DNA of 55,973 bases from NCBI GenBank assembly GCA_002633005.1, contig NMRA01000842.1:1-55973 (forward strand), written 5' to 3'. The stretch comes from Phoronis australis (lineage: Eukaryota > Animalia > Phoronida). The notes beneath the pieces were generated by a model. That model made no database searches. It was not told the origin of the DNA and saw only the letters and a list, made by a program, of their open reading frames with translations. Below are positions 37,368 to 50,800 of this stretch, piece after piece. The position numbers and the translations under genes were made by a program. The first letter of the stretch is position 1, and each line of letters starts with the position of its first letter.

Positions 37368-37669
37368 TGCAGATCATAGTTTTTCGGAAATTCCACACTC
37401 ACACCTAAAAAAATCCAGGCATGGCCTAAAGTCTACAGCAACGATATATCATTTTTGATATATCCCAAAAAGTTGTCTGCTGAACACTGTGCCTTCATGC
37501 CTGCCTCCTAACGGCATATGTAAGGTCATTTCAGTTTTGTGGTCACTGCTAATTCCTTCTACAATCGGAGGTGACCATTCGAAGTCGGCATTGCTCACCA
37601 ACAAACCAGTTGGATTCAAGAACTCGTTGGAGGAGTTGATGTGGTGTTTCCGGAAAACCATGATCTGCA
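37368..37669 (+). repeat. 30-bp inverted repeat in the proximal 3' UTR of the TNIP2-like gene
   Basis: 37368-37397 tgcagatcatagtttttcggaaattccaca pairs with 37640-37669: 26/30 Watson-Crick plus 2 G:U. Confidence 0.85.
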
Positions 37670-40479
37670 TGCAACGTAACAACAATAGCCGCGTGGGAAC
37701 CAGTTAGATCCTGCTTGTTCCGCCAAGCACTAGACCTCCTCAAGATCTGGTATTTGTTCTAAAGGGACAAAATCCACCATGAGCATTCCCTTAAAATGCA
37801 GTGGTCCGTCGGATATGCATGTACATGTATTGAACGTGGAGTTGGTGATGGAATTTATGGAAGTTATTTCGACCTTGTGACATTTTGATGCTCAAGGATG
37901 TGATAATGTATCTCAGGAAAAATCCTTAGTTACTAAGAGTCAACTTCGGATTAAATCTTTAATTTTTCGCACGGCAGCAAGTCGTTTCCGGTAGTTGTCC
38001 CACATGATTGGTCAGTAAAAAAAGACTTTTATGTACATATATGTTCACTAGTAAGATGTTTAAACTACCTTGATCTCATTGTTCGAGCTGGATAGCCGTG
38101 ATTGAAAATTTACCCTCTCATCTCTTGTCATCTTGTCGGTGGACACTGGGAAGCCATTAGCGTGGAAACTTCAACTGAACTAGTTTTGACTTTGGAGAAG
38201 TACACCCTGCCTCGTGTCTTCAGCAAGTTTCACCAGTTATCATTCTCGTGAGTTAACGGTGCTGTCGCGAAGTAGACGGGTATAAAATCCTGCAGCAGAT
38301 TTTGCCCTAGACTGGGCCCTCGTCTCCGCTGCCGCCTCCGCGCGTGGCTGGTAGCTGTAGCTTGGAAATTTCAATTTGTAGGCAAGCTCTCTCGAAAATA
38401 CAGTTACAAGTACAAGACTGGGAACAGCCGTATATTATTGCAATACGAATTGATGGCGTTCGTGACACGGCAGCAAGTGGAACTTACCCCTGCTGTCTTA
38501 AAATGACGTGTATATTTTAACATGAGCTATGTATGAACCTGTTCCAAGTAGTAAATAGTGTACAGTACGTTCCTGCTACGAAGAAGGCTGATTGCATTCC
38601 TAAAAAAAACTGATCCCCATATCTAAGTAACATACCCGGCATAAAATGGTTTAATTGACAGTTGTGAATTAGTAACGATTGTCCATGGTTGTTTGTATAC
38701 TAGATGAATGCATGCTTTTTCTATACGTGTACGCTTCTTTTCCTCGTCTTGCATGTATAATGTCATCTCAAACCTTATTGGTAGCCTCCATTCGTTCGTC
38801 TTATATTATTTTTGCGTTTTTGGACTTTGCTTGATTTAACCACAACTGTATAAAAGTGGTGTAGCCATTTGTTATCGTTACAATGATTAATATTAACCGT
38901 TTTATGGTAAATTTGATTACGGGGAACATGATTCCTCAGTGGAAACTGGTGAGATATTGGTGGCGTGACATCCTGAATAATTGTTGATTGATTTGAATGA
39001 AGAATAGAAGGTTGGGTAAGAAGTAAAGAGGTCTCTTCAACTAAAAGTCGCAAAGTATGAATTTCTTAACAAAATGTTTTCATGTATACTTTTTGTCCGT
39101 ATGCGAAACGGAAGCGATTAATATTTTGAAAACGAATGGAATATTTTAATCACATTAAAATTATCTGCGTTGTACATAGGTAATGTCTGCAATTTTTGTG
39201 CCTCTGATGTGAATGTGTGTCAGTATATTATAAGTTGGAACTGGTATTACATTTTTGAACCTGAGTTTTATGGTTGTATAAGATATCTTTATATTCAAGA
39301 AATATTTCAAACATTTCACTTCGTTTGAAGGGGTGTTATGTGTTGCAAAACTCAATGTTAAAAAATTATGTTTTATGTATTTATATGTATCAGATAAATA
39401 TATTTATATTTGATTTTATTCCTTATGTATTAGATGTTAAAATTTTTGTAGTCCATTATGAAAATATTTATGTGCGATTAACTTATAACTAATGTCTCAA
39501 TCATCTCTTCAATTCCATTCCAACAACTAGTCACTACCTGTACGTACTGAATTCAAACAAAGGCCAGGTGACATCGTACGACACCTCTGACAAGTGCTGC
39601 TATGGGTAGGACCGGAATAGGTAAAAGCCTTCCTTTAATGCCGGGTCTGAAGCAATGTGAAAAATAAACGCCCCGGCGTTTATGAGAAGTTTTACGGTAC
39701 ATAATTAAATTAAAGTCAAGAAACGGGCTTTTGTTTGTCATGTTAAATAAATAAGTAATCGTGTACTCAACAGAAATCGTCGGGGGGACTGTTGGAGTGA
39801 ACCTCATGGCAGGTATAATGCAGTGCAGTCGCGTTGGTCATTACGCTAACTGCGGCATGTCGCAGAACATCCATGAATTCCGGTACCGTGTCTTTGATAG
39901 CAATAGGCAGTGTCCCCACGTGATCCATCGCCAGTCACAGCGAACCACGTCGACTCAGGCTGAATGTCAACTCGCGTCATTCCAGTTCAAGAGGTTGTCG
40001 TCTTTGAAGCTCAAAGCTAGAACCTACAGGAAATGTGACTTTCCAGGGGTTCACAAGGCTACAATTCAGGCCAGAACTCATTCACCCCAATGTAAAATTC
40101 AAGGCTGTGATTTCCAGCGACAAATGGGAAACGCGACAGGAAATAAATTAAACATCCATTTCCCTTTATTATACAATTCTGCAATGGACGCCCCAGCCTT
40201 ACTACAGTCAATCGCGAAGTGTACGTTTTCCGAGCTATTCGATATTGGCACCTTTCCTTATCTCCAGCCTTTCGGTGTCATCCCTCCTTCGCCACGTCGC
40301 TCGGCGGATATCTGGGACCTGTTTTTTTCAAGAGGCTACACATATAGGCTTGAACCTTTTGGCTTTCGACTAAAAACAATCTACAGATGTTAATAAAAAC
40401 AACGATGGATTTAAACCGGGTTGACATGTTTCTGACAGAAGTTCACATATAAATATTCATTTAAAAAAGTCCAGTCAAG

Positions 40480-40850
40480 AGCCAGTCATCCGACGAAGAC
40501 TTCACGGGTCGGATCGTTAGGTTTCACAGGCTATCAGTTCGAACCGGAGTACACTAATCAAGAAATACTAGAGAGGCGCCGGGAACATGCACTGACAACG
40601 GAACGTGTGGATAGTTCTTTGGTAAGCCGGAGCTTCAGAGAACCTTGTCGACGAAATGCCGGCCACAGACACGGAGATGTTTCACGTCCTCATACTTGCT
40701 ATTAACAGTGTACCTTTCATTCTTCACTACTGCAAGCCAGTTCTAAGCATTTCGGACTCTCGAGGAAGTCGAAAAAACGATATACTCGCTTTCTTCTTAG
40801 CTTCATAGTTAGGACAAGCGAGAACGATGCACCGCTATATTGCGGCATTA
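40480..40850. mobile_element. Decayed Kolobok-like transposon core with convergent gene stubs (P2X7-C-terminal/KolX-like on +, THAP on -)
   Basis: + 40529-40621 GYQFEPEYTNQEILERRR...|gtaagc; - about 40848-40714 RCIVLACPN...SISFFRLPRE...WLAVVK|gtacac, with frameshifts. Confidence 0.55.
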
Positions 40851-42469
40851 ACTCTGCAGACGAACCACTGACGTCGCTGCGTCGTTTCTTACTTTCCTCA
40901 CAGGTTAACGCGACACCTTTCGGCAAGGTGAGGTCGACCGTATAAGAGGCGATGTGGCTAGATACCGATTAAGACGGTAAAAATTCCAATATGGATGTCT
41001 TTGCAGAGGCTTTGTTTCATGGATTAGGTGCAACGACAAGAGACTGTAACCTTAATCCTGCAGTCTATTTGCATCGCTCCAGCTCTGAGGTCGAAATTTT
41101 TGACTGACTTAAATACATGTACATAAGAAGGCTTTGACCGTCACGTGGTCCTGCCATCCTCTTGTAGTCTAAGTGATCCATTGGACTCAACTCCATCGAC
41201 CAAAAAAGCGTTTGACTTTACTGAAAGGAAACAAGTGCTTCTAAAGCTGTCTCGGTTTCTAGCATCTTGGCCCATTTGCATTTTTTGGAAATTAGCTGTC
41301 TCATCCAAGTCCCCTTGGGTTTTTCTTCTAATAACAGAAGCTTAAACGTTTGTAACCCACGTTTCCGTCTCTTTTATTTTGTCCAACTTATTGTCCCATA
41401 TATAGATAAAACATAATGAATTATATTTTTTCACAAACTAACTCGGCTGGTCAGGGACATTGAATGAGTAACATTTCTTTACTTACCAAAGACTTTGTGA
41501 TCGAAATTGGTGGGACGCAGCGTATTCGCTAAATTAATTTCAGTTTTTGCTCGATTCTTCAACTAAACACGAAAGTAGGTAAACACCAGAGTGTTAGCAG
41601 GAATGACATAATTTGCCTTTTTTGTGACTTAGGCAGAGATGAAAATGTGATACACTTTGTCTATCATTGTTCTGCGTTGAGATAGTTAAGGAGATTTAAC
41701 TAACTACGCAGGTGCTGTTACACTCTCGCAGAGCTGAAGAAAATGTTCAGTATATCTTATAATGAAAAACGAATGATGTCTTAAAACGACCGTCCTTACA
41801 TGTATGTATTTATAAAGCAACGGCATTGAGAAAGGGAGTGTGCCGCGGAAAGATGGGTGTATGTACATGTTTTATCTCTTACGCGTTAAATCCGTAGAGG
41901 AAAATACGGCCATATGTAATAATGTTTTCCGTATTCTCCTCCCGCACTACTTCAACAGTGACCTCTGACATGTAAAGTTCAAAGGTAGTTTAATGTCGAC
42001 TCGACTTTGTTCACCGGATAAAATCATCAAACTTTCGGAAAATAGTTTAAAGTCATACAATTGTAGCAGTTTAAATAACACTCAACATACTACCAGGTCT
42101 CAACCGTAACAACTGGAGCAGGACTGTTAATTATATGGCAGATTTCTCCCGGTTTTCATTTGCTAAATATGAAATCGTTAGTCTCCTGCACAGACCCACA
42201 AGATTGGTTGGGTCCGTGACGTCATCTTGTGAGGCCCGGGAACCAGGTTAATGATATCGTCTGCAACTCAGGCACCGATTCCGGCCTCGGTAACTACAAT
42301 ATCAAATATTGTTGTTATTAAACTATTTTCAGAAGATGTTAAAAGTTCAATGCAAAGTTACACCGTTGTTTCCATCTGCTTTATGTTTTTTTCAAGTAAT
42401 AAATCGTTACATTTAAAAGTGTGCGGAAACTGCAGTAAATAAACTAGTTAATAACCACCTCGATATATC

Positions 42470-44895
42470 ACAGGTAAAGACTGAGCGGGCCCTTGGGATT
42501 GGTCGCAAGAATCCTAGCAAACCTCGACCAATCATCGTAAAGTTGACTTCGTTCAAGGACAAGTTGCAGATCTTAAAAGGCAAAAGATAATTAAGGAGTG
42601 AAACTCAATACTCAGTGGCTGAAGACTTCAGCAAGAATGTTCGTATCGCTAGATCAAAGTTATAGCTGTTCTCAAGAGAAAATAATTTTATAGAAGCCAC
42701 AATAAAATTCGATAAGCTTTATCACAACAGGAAAATGTACCTGTATGACGATCATATAGACAAAGTTGTCGGCAACGAGGATAGATACATGTACATCTTT
42801 AGAGATAGAACGGATACAAATGAAGAGGACGACAGTCAATAGCAAACAATGACAAGAGAAATGAAAATAGGATCATGGAATATAGGGGGGATAGAAAGTA
42901 AGCTACGACAAAATAAAGGAGAAATTTAAAAAATAATTAGAAACTACGACCTCATAGGATTCATTGAATCACACGCAAGAGCAGAGCATGAATTTGGCGA
43001 TCTCTTAGAAAATTATTCCACGTTCACATCAGTACGAAACATACATAACGACAAAGTATCTGGTGGAGTGACAGTAATGGTAAGGAACAATTTGGGAACC
43101 AAAATAACTCGCATCTGTGAGAATTTGGAAGACATAGTATATTTGCATCTCAAACATTTGTTTGCTGGCTCAGACAAGCCAGATGTAATAATAGGTTTTA
43201 TTTATTTCCCTCCCGAAGGGTCAGCATACTACAGCCACGACATTTCTGAATGCGGTGTTGATCGTCTCGAGGATGACTTTACCTGCTTAAAGAGTAATGG
43301 GAAATTTAACCAGTCACGGGTTATTTTGACAGGTGACTTTAGTTCAAGGACAGCTACACTCAGAGACTACATGTACATCCCAGAAGACGATATCACGCAT
43401 ATCAGTGTCCTTGCCGATAGCGGCTGTTGTTATGTTCAAAATAATTTTGAAAAACCAAGAAACAACCAAGATGCGAAATCGAATTACTTTGGCAAAAAAC
43501 TTGCCAAATTTTGTGCAGTATTTGGTACGCACATAGTTAACGGGAGATACCCCTCAGACAGAGAAGGAAACTACTCGTTCGTCTCCACTCGTTATTGTTT
43601 GCGGACGATTTGGTGCTTGTGGCGGACACAGTGCCTGGTCTTCAGAGGAAATTAAATGTATTGCACAACTACTGTGTGGATTGGAGACTTTGTGTTAATC
43701 TTGATAATACAATTAGCGTTATTTTCAAGCGAGTTGGGACTTTGTCGTCAGAGTAAAAGTGATTTTACAATAAGAAATTGGTAGAAACGAAATCTTATTA
43801 CAAGTATCTTGGTGTGACATTTTCTTGCAGATTAAAATGGAATGAAACTTGTAGAATATCAGCTTTATAAGCTAGAAAAGCAATGAACATGTTAAAAGCA
43901 TGTTTAACCAAAGTGAAGTGTAGATCCCCGCATGTACATGTATGTTATAAATTGTTTGATAGTATGGTAGTTCCTATATTGTTATATGGTGCTGAGATAT
44001 GGGGTACAGTATATTCGAAAGACATAGAAAGTGTTCACAATGATTTCTGTAAATGGGTTGCTGGTGTCTCACAGAAAACAAGTAACGTTATGGCCAGAGG
44101 AGAATGCGGCAGGCATTTATTATCTGTGAAATACTTGTGCAGACCAATAATCTACTGGACCAAAATTCTACAGATGAATAACCCCAGATACCCAAAGAAA
44201 AGTTACAGGATGCTGCGGGAAGACTGTGAAAGGGAAGAGCAAATTGGGCCAGTGCAGTTAAAGATATTTTATTCAGATACGGGTTTGGGGAGGTATGGAT
44301 AAGTGTACCGGGTAACATTGATTTATTTATATCAGAATTTAAGCAAAGATTGTTGGATTGTGGCGCCCAAGAATGGAGGACATCAGTGCAGAGCTCTAGC
44401 AAGTGCTCATTTTACTCTATTATCAAAACAGATTTATCTTGTGAAGAATATCTTTACAGTCTACCACCAACTCTACGTAGAATTTTAGCCAAATTCAGGT
44501 GTCCTGGACACCAACTGAAAATAGAAACTGGTAGGCACCATGACATTCCAAAGGAAGATAGACTTTGCGAAATTTGCAACCGACGAAATACACTTATTAC
44601 TTACCTGTCCCGTACTTAACGACATTAGAATGAATTTTTTACCAGAAATATCCCGACACCATACTGACATCGAAAACGTCAAATAATTATTCAAAACAAA
44701 CTCTGGAAATCTTTTGAAAAGACTATCCTTATATGGTATTAGACAGGAAACTCTAACATTGTAACGTGTAAATATGTATATATGTATTGAATACCCGGAC
44801 ATGAAATTTCCACCTGTACCAAATGTTGCAATGTAATATGTACAAATGAGCTTAGCTCCAAGTGCAATAAACAACCTCTCTCTCTTTCTCTCTCT
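42470..44895 (+). mobile_element. Degenerate, internally deleted CR1/L2-group LINE
   Basis: ORF1 tail ERALGIG...PRPIIVKL...EDFS; ORF2 from ATG 42849 with IGSWNIGG, YFPP, ILTGDFS (APE endonuclease); then LFADDLVL (RT), YKYLG, ILLYGAEIWG, KFR..H.LKIETGR..RLCEIC; AATAAA plus (CT)n tail; stops and frameshifts. Confidence 0.93.
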
Positions 44896-47332
44896 AAAAG
44901 TGTATCTTTTACTAGAGGAAACTCGTAATCTAACGCGCAAGTACATACATATAGGATGGGATTGAACAGTCTGAGTGAAGTATTTAAAAAATCTGCGGAA
45001 AATGAAAGAAACATAGGAATTGGAATCGTATGGGATAAATACAAAACCTACATGAAGTAATATCCCACTCGACATTATTCCGCGTATCGACCTCGACCTT
45101 TTAGCCTCCTGGGATATTACTTCATGTGCGCCACTCTCGGCACGTTTTGTGTATATACATGTAAGCTTCCCTTATTTTGTACAGTAAAACGATTGATTGG
45201 TAATTAATTTTAAAACCCCACATTTTTGCATACTTGTCTAAAATAGTGTAGGTATACATGTACGTAGGCTTCGGGAACCAGCTAGGTTTGATTGGGCTTT
45301 CGAATGTGTTGTGAATAGAAAAATCCACTAGTTAATTAGTAGATTCGTCTTACTTCAAATCTACCGCTCCCTCTACCATGGTTGGGAATTGCAACTGCTG
45401 AATCTGCTTTAAGCTCAGGTAGACGTCAAAAAATTCAAAATTACCAAAAATCTGATTGGATGGCAACATGTTTGCGGAATCAACAACCGATAAGTCACGC
45501 GCCTTCGAAATCTGTAGTGTTGGCTCGTGTTGAGTATCGACAGGAAAGATCTACTAGTGTACTTGGCTTCATTTTCAGCAGACGAGAAAGGGCCAAAATT
45601 CTGGGACAGGATAACGTTTGTTTGATGATGTGTAGCGTTTTTGAGATGAAATAGCTCGCAGGTTTTGATCCAGTTTGTACATTTTCTACTTGATGTAAAA
45701 AAGGTAGCAATTCCAGCGATGTGTGCAAAGCAAGACCAATCCAGTGTACAGTGCCTAAAGAAGCCATGATCAACTTCTTCAAGAGTATTCTAGCGAGAGC
45801 AAACATTTTACCAATCATAGAACTGCTCAGTTTATCTAAGTAGTGAGGACGATCAATGGAATTCGGTTAAGGTCACTTGAGAATTATGCTCTTACAGATG
45901 ACGTCATTGCATCCAGTTTGATGGTGTGTACAAGAGACAGCTACCAAATTTACACAAGGAAAAACCCCAGTCCTCCTCCATCAGCAGCTATCAAAATCAA
46001 GGCTTACTTGCAATCATATAAAATCAAAAAAAAATCAATATTGACTTTCACGCTCTGTCTTTACGCTTTTACAGGCAGAAGTGACGAAGACGTCGTTGAA
46101 GGTTTGGACCAGCATTAAAAGATGAAAAGACAAGCCATGGAACCCACGTGATTTACATGTATTTATTTAAATATATATCTCCAAGTATACGAAGTAAAAC
46201 CCGCGATACACGTTATAGAAGGGCAAGTAAACCATAATCCCAAACTTGGTAGTCTATTTTTGAAAAAGTACACCAGTAACAGTACATTTACAATGAATCA
46301 AACCAGAAATTTTACCCCAGTTTATACCTGAAACCAAGTCAAGACCATTTCGATCGCAACGTTTGTGTACAATACTACGTTAGAGAAATTACTAAGCGCA
46401 TTGTTATAATGTATATGTTAATGCTACACTGCCAAAATTGTCTTTACGATCCCCGTCTAGTAATACCACCGTGAAACAACAGGCTATACTATATATTTTT
46501 TATGCTAAGCTATTCGACTTCAGATTGCATCGTTTTTATCTTTTGACTCCAAAATCTTAACAGCGCCAGCCCTGCTCCATGCAGCGTTACAACAATTGAA
46601 ACAGAGACTGTTTTGTGGAATTATCCTCCGGGACAAACTCTTCCAGAACAGACCACTTGACCGATGGTCACATCTATTAAAACCTATCTTGAACGGTAAC
46701 ACCTGAAAAATTTGGATTCTACTGTATATTAAGAGCATCACTCTGAACCCACTCGTGCCATAATTTGTCAAATGTAACGAACGTATTGGTTTTATTTGTC
46801 TATGCCATCGCGAGAATTACCGCTGCCTACATGTATGACACCCAAACGCAATGGTGTTTTATTCAGACCTCTATTAAATACAACTGTTGTCGGCCTTTTG
46901 TTGTTTGTGCAGGGATCTCGCGGCGACGCAACATGACGCGAAAATGCGACATCAGCTATCATTTAAGCTTTGCTAGGACTACCTGGTTAGCCTAATACAT
47001 CTAAAATAACAAAATTCCTTTGAAATTAGGCTTTTTTAAAGTATAATATATAGTGTGTTTTGGATGTTAGATTTTAGACGTAACCACCAAGGCAAATGTA
47101 AGCGGTGACTTGAAACCTGTATGTAGGACCAGTCGGTTTATGAAGCAACTGTCTTCTGATGTGGTCACGCTACTATTTGCTGACTGTTTGTTTTCAAAAT
47201 TGTACACACTGCTTTACTTTCAAACAGCGTTTCTTTGAGATAATTATTTTCTAAATAAACCGTTTACAAATTGTGTGTATTCTGAAATTTCCCTCAACTA
47301 ATGTACATCTATATCTTGTTATTAACACACGC

Positions 47333-47811
47333 TTATTTAACTTGGTAGGCTTCAATGATGTCCCAGTTTCCACTGCAGCCAAGGTTTTCATATCCAAGTC
47401 CGTACAGAACTCCAGCAACGCATTCTTTGTTGCCATTGAAGTCGAGCTGGCTCGTAAAAGATGGGAGCGCCCCATTCACAATATTTTTATCCGATGGTGT
47501 GCCGCCGAACATGAATTGGGAAGCTGTGCAATTTCCATTTCCAGTGCAATTGATTTTGAATATGAACGCATTTTCGTCGTATTTCCTAAGCACTGAAGAC
47601 AACCACGAAAGCGTGGTGTAGCCACCGTAATATACGCCAGTGTTCGAATCCTTTCCGAGCACTATAGTAGGAGGTTGGACCTCTGCCGCCATTAGAAACG
47701 CATTCTTGTTCAACCCGTCCTCAGTTGATCGATAAATTCTCTTAAAGGTTACGTCAGGTAACCACTGGGCAATCCAATTCAAAGATTCTTCTGTGATCAA
47801 ACTCGGCTCAG
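47333..47811 (-). CDS. TLDc-domain exon (last exon)
   Basis: Acceptor tatttcag; SLI..WLP..IYRSTEDG..F..PTIVL..YYGGYTTLSW..DENAFIF..IEAY motifs; TAA at 47335-47333. Confidence 0.88.
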
Positions 47812-50800
47812 CTGAAATATTGTAGCACAACCTGTTCAAGCAACGCGAAGCATTAATAAGAGTCTACAGTGCACCGCAAACGGTTTGATTCCAGAAGAGT
47901 TATCAAAGTCATGACAGGCACAATCACACAATAATTTGACCACAGGTACATGTACGTGTACAGTAGTACATGTAGCTGCAACAATCAGAAATGATAATTC
48001 ATACCTCATCCTTTAAAGCAACATCAAATCAAAAGAATTTTATGAATGACCAGTTTTCCACCTTAACTTTTCAATTACAGAGAGATAAAAATGTCATAAA
48101 GAAACTGCTTTACGCATCCAAAATGGCAGATGTAGCTAAATTATTTTCACATAGAACAGGCGTGAGATTTAGCCTCTACAAAATGACGAAGGGGAGCACA
48201 GCACGTGCTGGAACCATGAATAATTTAATTTCGGAAGCCAATTTGATAGCAAAAACACCCGTTTTAGTCCACGATAGTTTGGCCTATTTCAACCAGTGTG
48301 TTATTGCCTTGAAGTCATCGTTAATGCAGTAATTGCCCTGCTCCACACAAAAGTAGCAAAACACATGTTTCTGATGCCGACAAGTTCTTTCTACCACCTT
48401 TATTACGAATTACAATTTCGTGGACATCTTGGCGGGAGGAAATATAAGCACGCCTTTGCATTTTGTATTTTCCAGAAGGTTGACAGATTTTGACAATTTA
48501 GCAACGGAGTATCGCCCTTGAGAAGAGCGAGTTAATACATGTACATGTAGTTTAAAAAAGTGGAGGCATAGTAGCGTGTTTTATACAGCTTAAAAGCTGA
48601 AAGAAATAGCATTGTTCAAATGATGTCAAACCTGTCTGAAATAGTTGTGATAACTACACATCAAGCCGTGACGAGTATACTTCAAAATGGGATGCCTAGC
48701 TATGGAAATTGAAAGAAATTTTGCACTCTCATATGACATGATCATTTTGCTCAAACCTGGATTAGGTCGATAGTTTAAAGGGGCAGTAGTCCAAAAAATC
48801 TGACCGTTGGCCTTTCGGACTACAAATGCATGCACTAGTTCTCTTTCTATTAAAATTGCTTTTTGGTCAATGTTCGTCAGTTTGAAGTACATATAAATAA
48901 AGACAAAGATTGGAATTCTATTATTAATGGACGTGAAGTCACGAGTCTCATGAGGCGCCATTCTTTGTGTTGCAGCTCCCAGATAAGGGAATTTGGTTTA
49001 TTAACCCTTTTGATACATTGCATTAAAAGTTCATATTAAACATAGCTGGCTTCGCCGTTGGCCGTTTTTGTTCCATACAATCCACTTTCAGAGAAAGCTT
49101 GTTCAAATCACTATTTTCTATTACTGTGTTTTTCTAAGAATGTTGGGGCCCGTTCTACATCAAATCGTTGCGTGTTTTGAATGTCCGTTACCAGGTGACC
49201 CGGTGACCGCAGCCAACTAGTCGTTAGTTCTTGAAAAATGTCCGCCTCCAGAGTTCAACTTAACGCAATTGCATATCATCGTCAAACGATCCCCAGTTCT
49301 TTGAAAATGAATGTTTTCAACAAGAGACAAAACTCATTACACTGTGGGTATCCTAACGTTTAGATGTAAGTCGCGAGTAAAATATTGCTCTCTGAATTCA
49401 GTTCTTCGTGGCAAACTAATGATGGATATAGTTATATTTACAAACAACACAGTGCTTTCCGATAGTTCAGAAATAATCAACATTTGAAGTTGGCGCACGT
49501 CTAAACAAGATTTTAAATCTCAACCTCCTCGTTTCCAAAAAGTAGGTCTTCTCTGCATCCACAGCTGTCAAGACGTTTCTCACAATATCGTTAAGGCTGA
49601 ACGTAGGAACCCCTTTAAAATTCTTTTGGAACGACACTCGCTGTCCACTATGGAAACCCCGATGAAAACATCGAACCATAAATGAGATGATTATAAAACC
49701 TTTGAGAACCATGATGAATTAAAACTTTGCTAAACATGTATTATGCCCTCGTTCATATAATAATAACGAAAACGAAAACGAGTATTAGTAGTAATAGTAG
49801 TAATAGTAGTGTAAAACAAATAATAATTATAATAGGTAGCCAAATTCATATCGTGTCAGCCCCGACGGCTTTGGAATTCCTCTAGGAGAGGTATACAAAA
49901 GTGCCGCCTGAAAGGGTGCTTTTCACAGACAAAATACTCTCCAAAATGGTGTCATTTTTTTCGAACTATGCGAAAATTTGTAAACAAATTAGTCTCTAAA
50001 TGGGTCACTTTTTGTCCGAGCCCACCCTCTAAACGGTTACAGAAGGTATTCATTTTTTCAGGCGGCAACCGTCGCCCAAAAAAGACAACAGTACTCCCCA
50101 GCCGTGTCAGATACCACTTGTTCGTGATTTTGATAATTTTCTTTGCAATATGACTTTGGTTTCGTAAAATGTAACAATGGTACATTTCTCGCCAGTACAT
50201 TTTAGGAGAGGCTTGTGAACGTAAAATGTAACAACGACATAAAATGTAACAGCTGTTACATTTTACGAAATTGTTACATTTTACGGCTTATCAGCGCAGA
50301 GACCCTATATTCGGTTATAGAGATGCAGTTGGACCTCGAAATTGGGGACCATTTTATACCTTGCAATTCTATGGTTTCAAAGTTTGTTCTAGGTTGTCAG
50401 TATCTGGGTAAACAAAATACACCTGAGCTAGTTTCAGAGTCCGTCATTATTAATACGTTGGTAATATTGTCTAAAATCATAGTTCTTAGATTAGATCACC
50501 GCACTGTTGATTTCAAGTTTGAAAGAATGTTGGCTTTTGCTGTGGCTCAGGAACTCATATGTAGGCACCGAACGAACTGGTGAACTGTTGAAATTGTTTT
50601 TTTTATTTAAGTAGACAAGCTTTTGTATTGTATAAGTTGACTTGCTGGGTTGCGTATTGTTTAGTTCAAACGTTGAACCAATATGAACGCGATGTCGTCG
50701 TTGCTATCAATCATAACTGCAACCTGGCCCAGTGGTTTGTTTCATGAAATTCTGAAATTTAGCATTACCGTGCACACAACAATATTTCTGAAAAATCAGT

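Noticed and set aside
39761-40393. 210-aa ORF
   Set aside because: No recognisable domain or splice context; adjacent to a transposon relic
44485-45075. 196-aa minus-strand ORF
   Set aside because: Antisense to the LINE 3' end and its (CT)n tail
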